A stretch of DNA of 64,000 bases, from the NCBI RefSeq assembly GCF_947568905.1, contig NC_079168.1:27776001-27840000 (forward strand). Reading direction: 5' to 3'. The notes beneath the pieces were generated by a model. It was given only the letters and a program-made list of their open reading frames with translations. It did not search any database and had not been told where the DNA came from. Below, in pieces: positions 60,661 to 64,000 of the stretch. A program made the translations under genes and the position numbers. Source of the DNA: Ostrea edulis. Taxonomy: Eukaryota. How positions within the stretch are numbered: the first letter of the stretch is position 1; each line of letters starts with the position of its first letter.

Positions 60661-63049
60661 ACGTAATTTTTGAATGACTGATCACAAGATATGAATATTT
60701 CAGAGTTAATTTTTACTGATGAAACAGCCGTCTATCAGATATCAGATAGTCACGTCTTTAATTCATTGTGAGGAATGCTGGTGTAAAGTGTTAAAAACTC
60801 ATTCGTTTGGTGCTTTTGATTTTGGTTGAGAAATGTTCTGTCAAATTTACTAAAAGAACTTAAGAAGTTTTGAAAATCCACATTTAATTTGACCACTTCT
60901 CGTTAATTCATAAAGTCATTATCACTACGCTAAATTGCCTATATTTAGATATACTAGATATTATTGTTGATTTTCATACTACAGGAAGTTGTGCTTTGTG
61001 CTAAATAAATTTATGCAAATGAGAAAAATGGATCTCCATAGTTACATAGCATTTACAATGTATAATATACATACATATATAATCATCCATTTATTGTTGA
61101 GTAAAAAAACATAAAAGCTATTTGATAATGGCCTATCAAAATTCCAATATACCAATTCCCGGTAATTGCACAGAAACATTACCGTGAATAATTAATTCGT
61201 CCCCTCACCGTTTGCCATTTCCGTGTAAATAATGTCGACATCAAATACTCGCTCATTTTCATTAGAACAGAAATGCATTGAGCTAAATCTTAAGTTTGAA
61301 AGCATATCTGTGTTGGGCATTTGCATACCGATAATGAATCACTGTAAGAGGTTGCTGGAATACAGAACTATTTTTCAACATAATTTTTATCATGTTCATA
61401 TCGCTACGTCATTGACATTGATATATTTTAAAATGAAAGCAGAGAAGCTCATTTAATATGATTGGTGACGATAGTGACGATAAACTGGTGACGATGATAT
61501 TGGAATACGGCGCTGGCGTTATTTAGTGGGTACCGTGGATAGGATGGTCTAGATACACGCAACTGATTACATAACGGAGTGATTAATAGTTTTATATCAA
61601 TAAATGTCATCAGGCTGTCATTTCTTACAATGTTGACTGAAATTTAATTAAGAGTGGTAAAAAACGGTGTTATGGATATTGTAGCGATGACTGACGAATG
61701 CATGCTTAATCAATTATATTGAAAAAAATAAATTCAATCCAGTTTCTTTATTCTCCTTACCAATAGTACAAAGGTATTGAGAAAATGCATATAAGTATCC
61801 ATACCAATATATAATATGATGTGTTTACAATAAATACATATGTACAGAAATAGAAATCCTCAATTATATTTACCAACTTGAATTTCGGAAGCTGAAAGAT
61901 GTATCGTGACAAATATCCTAAATTTTTGTTAAATATGCATGGGGGTGTTGAATACAGGTATGAAGTAATGTTAATGTCAAAATGTTACCTTAATACGACA
62001 TCAACTGAATCAATCTGCTAAATGTGTTTGAGTGCTAACAACATGAGAAAAAAATCACCCATTTTATTTCCAACATTCCAAACAGCTGTTATAGATAAAG
62101 GCTAAGAGTGGTGTTAATATTACGTGTATCTTTCTGTTCATAAAATCCCGGACTTTAAATTATTTAAAACCCATCTCTGTTCACATACTTAGCGATTGTA
62201 AAAAATAATCAATTTTTCTCTGCTTCCTTTATTAGTGTGATTTTTCGCAGTTTTATATCACTTTATGCAGTTTGAAAAAATGTAAAAGTGAAATGGCATC
62301 GCCATTTTTCATTTTTTTTTTTTTTATCTTTAGTCATTTTTGAATTTGAGGTTTCTTTCAATATCTTTTCCTGCGCCATCATACCTTATGTTATAGTTTA
62401 CTCCGCTTTATTTTCGAATTAATCTAATTTGCATATTTAGTTCAGATGATGTCACAAAGGTCCTATACATGTAATAGTCATTTATGGCCCTCAAACTATT
62501 CTTAATAAATGGAGAAGCTGAGAAGCGGATGGTAAACCCTTGGCTAGCGAAGATGTGTCAATTGAGAAATAATACATTTTATTTAAATGTTGAATTTTTT
62601 AACCATGCTCTGATCGAAACACCATGCTATCATTTCATACTGAAAATGTAAATCATATTTCAAATTTGAGCTATATCAATATGTGCATGCTTACATGTGT
62701 ACGTAGAAATCAAGAAGATTCGATTAAATACTGAATGTTCAGTATACATATATATGATACATCTGAAAATAATTACCCCCTTTTATATTTCATTGTTGTT
62801 GGGGGGGTTTTTTTTGGGGGGGGGGGTATTTGTTTGGGGTTTTTTTTTTTCGTTGAAGTAGTCAGAAACTAAAATCAAAATTATATTTTTCCAGATCTGA
62901 CTCCTTTTCTCGAATATGACATGGTTGTTAATGTGGTTTCCTTAAAAATTGTCAAACATGTACATGTAACTATCAATTGTTATTGACAAGAGCGATACTT
63001 ATACCACCCTTGCGCAAGACCAGACATATCTCACCACCTTGCCTTCCAA

Positions 63050-63168
63050 CTTCCATCTAGCAATACTTCCTGTCGCAAATTCTCATTCTTCCATCCAGCA
63101 ATACTTCCTGTCGCAAATTCTCATTCTTCCATCCAGAAATACTTCCTGTCGCAAATTCTCATTCTTCC
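63050..63168. repeat. 39-bp tandem repeat, about 3 copies
   Basis: CTTCCATCCAGCAATACTTCCTGTCGCAAATTCTCATT repeated. Confidence 0.85.
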
Positions 63169-64000
63169 CACGCACACGTACCATCAGGGAATGAAACGCT
63201 ATTTTGATCTTTCAACCTACCCTGCAAAAAATCACTGTAAAACAATGATTTCATTGCATTAATTCTAGATTTTACGAAAGCCACGAGAGCGAGAGGAAAA
63301 CCGCTACACCTGGCAGTCTTATCACGGGCGACTTTCTAAAGTCGCACAGGTGTTGGTGGTTGTTTAATGTCCCGTCGAGAATTTTCAAGTATATTCAGAC
63401 GTCACCAGCTCAAGGTGAAGTACCACAAATTGTTTGAAAAAAATTTGAAAAATGCCCATCTTTGGTCATTTCAAATACTTACATGTAGGTATATTTTTCA
63501 TCATATGCGTATTCCGAATGATAAATTTGAAATTAACTGCAGAATGGTCTTTGCTAGCTTTAAAATTTACATCCACCATTCTCCGTTCCTGAAGTCGTTA
63601 AATGTTTTTGACTGACTTTTTTTGAATGATTATTTTGGTGTTTTGCTGGAGTGGGTATCTGCTATAGTACGTGTATGCGGTAAAACAGGGAAACTGTAGT
63701 ATATTAACTAACAACGTCTAGGTAAGCAAAGCCCTATAAGCACTGAAGAAGGGCTGTGTTACGTGTTAACGTGTATGTCGTAACAAACTATCAAGAAGTG
63801 CTTTACCAGCACCAACTGAACTCTGCTTCTGCTATAGTTTTGTCATTGAAATTTACACTAATCATATAGTAATGTAAATATAATAATTTAATCAGCAATA
63901 GATCTACCTACTCTATCCTTTATTCGCGTTATTTGATCCTGGTACTGCTATCTATTTATCAATATAAAAAAAACTTAATCAACCATTGAAAAGTTCAAAG

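Overview
AT-rich, repeat-dense animal genomic DNA, most likely an oyster (Ostreidae). This is inferred from Cg170/HindIII-type ~155-167 bp satellite units carried inside Helentron-derived HINE elements and from bivalve-type SINEs. Four spliced protein-coding genes were reconstructed by hand with phase-consistent GT-AG junctions: a divergent secreted cyclophilin B/C-like PPIase (-, 7498-13055), a C1orf43/NICE-3 homologue (-, 15866-22756), a KLF9/13-class Kruppel-like factor (+, 26062-28417, head-to-head with C1orf43) and KRTCAP2/KCP2 (+, 43791-47623, ATG micro-exon unresolved), which contains a U12-type minor intron. Most of the rest is mobile DNA. It includes a decayed two-gene ISL2EU-like transposon (YqaJ exonuclease plus DDE transposase), a Penelope-like RT element without a C-terminal endonuclease (Naiad-like) and its fragments, about six HINE/satellite elements, several SINE families, hAT/PIF/Tc1-type MITEs, a CR1-group LINE 3' end and many minisatellites, one of them an inverted pair. 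No rRNA, genuine tRNA or CRISPR array was seen. All family names come from motif recognition, not database searches.
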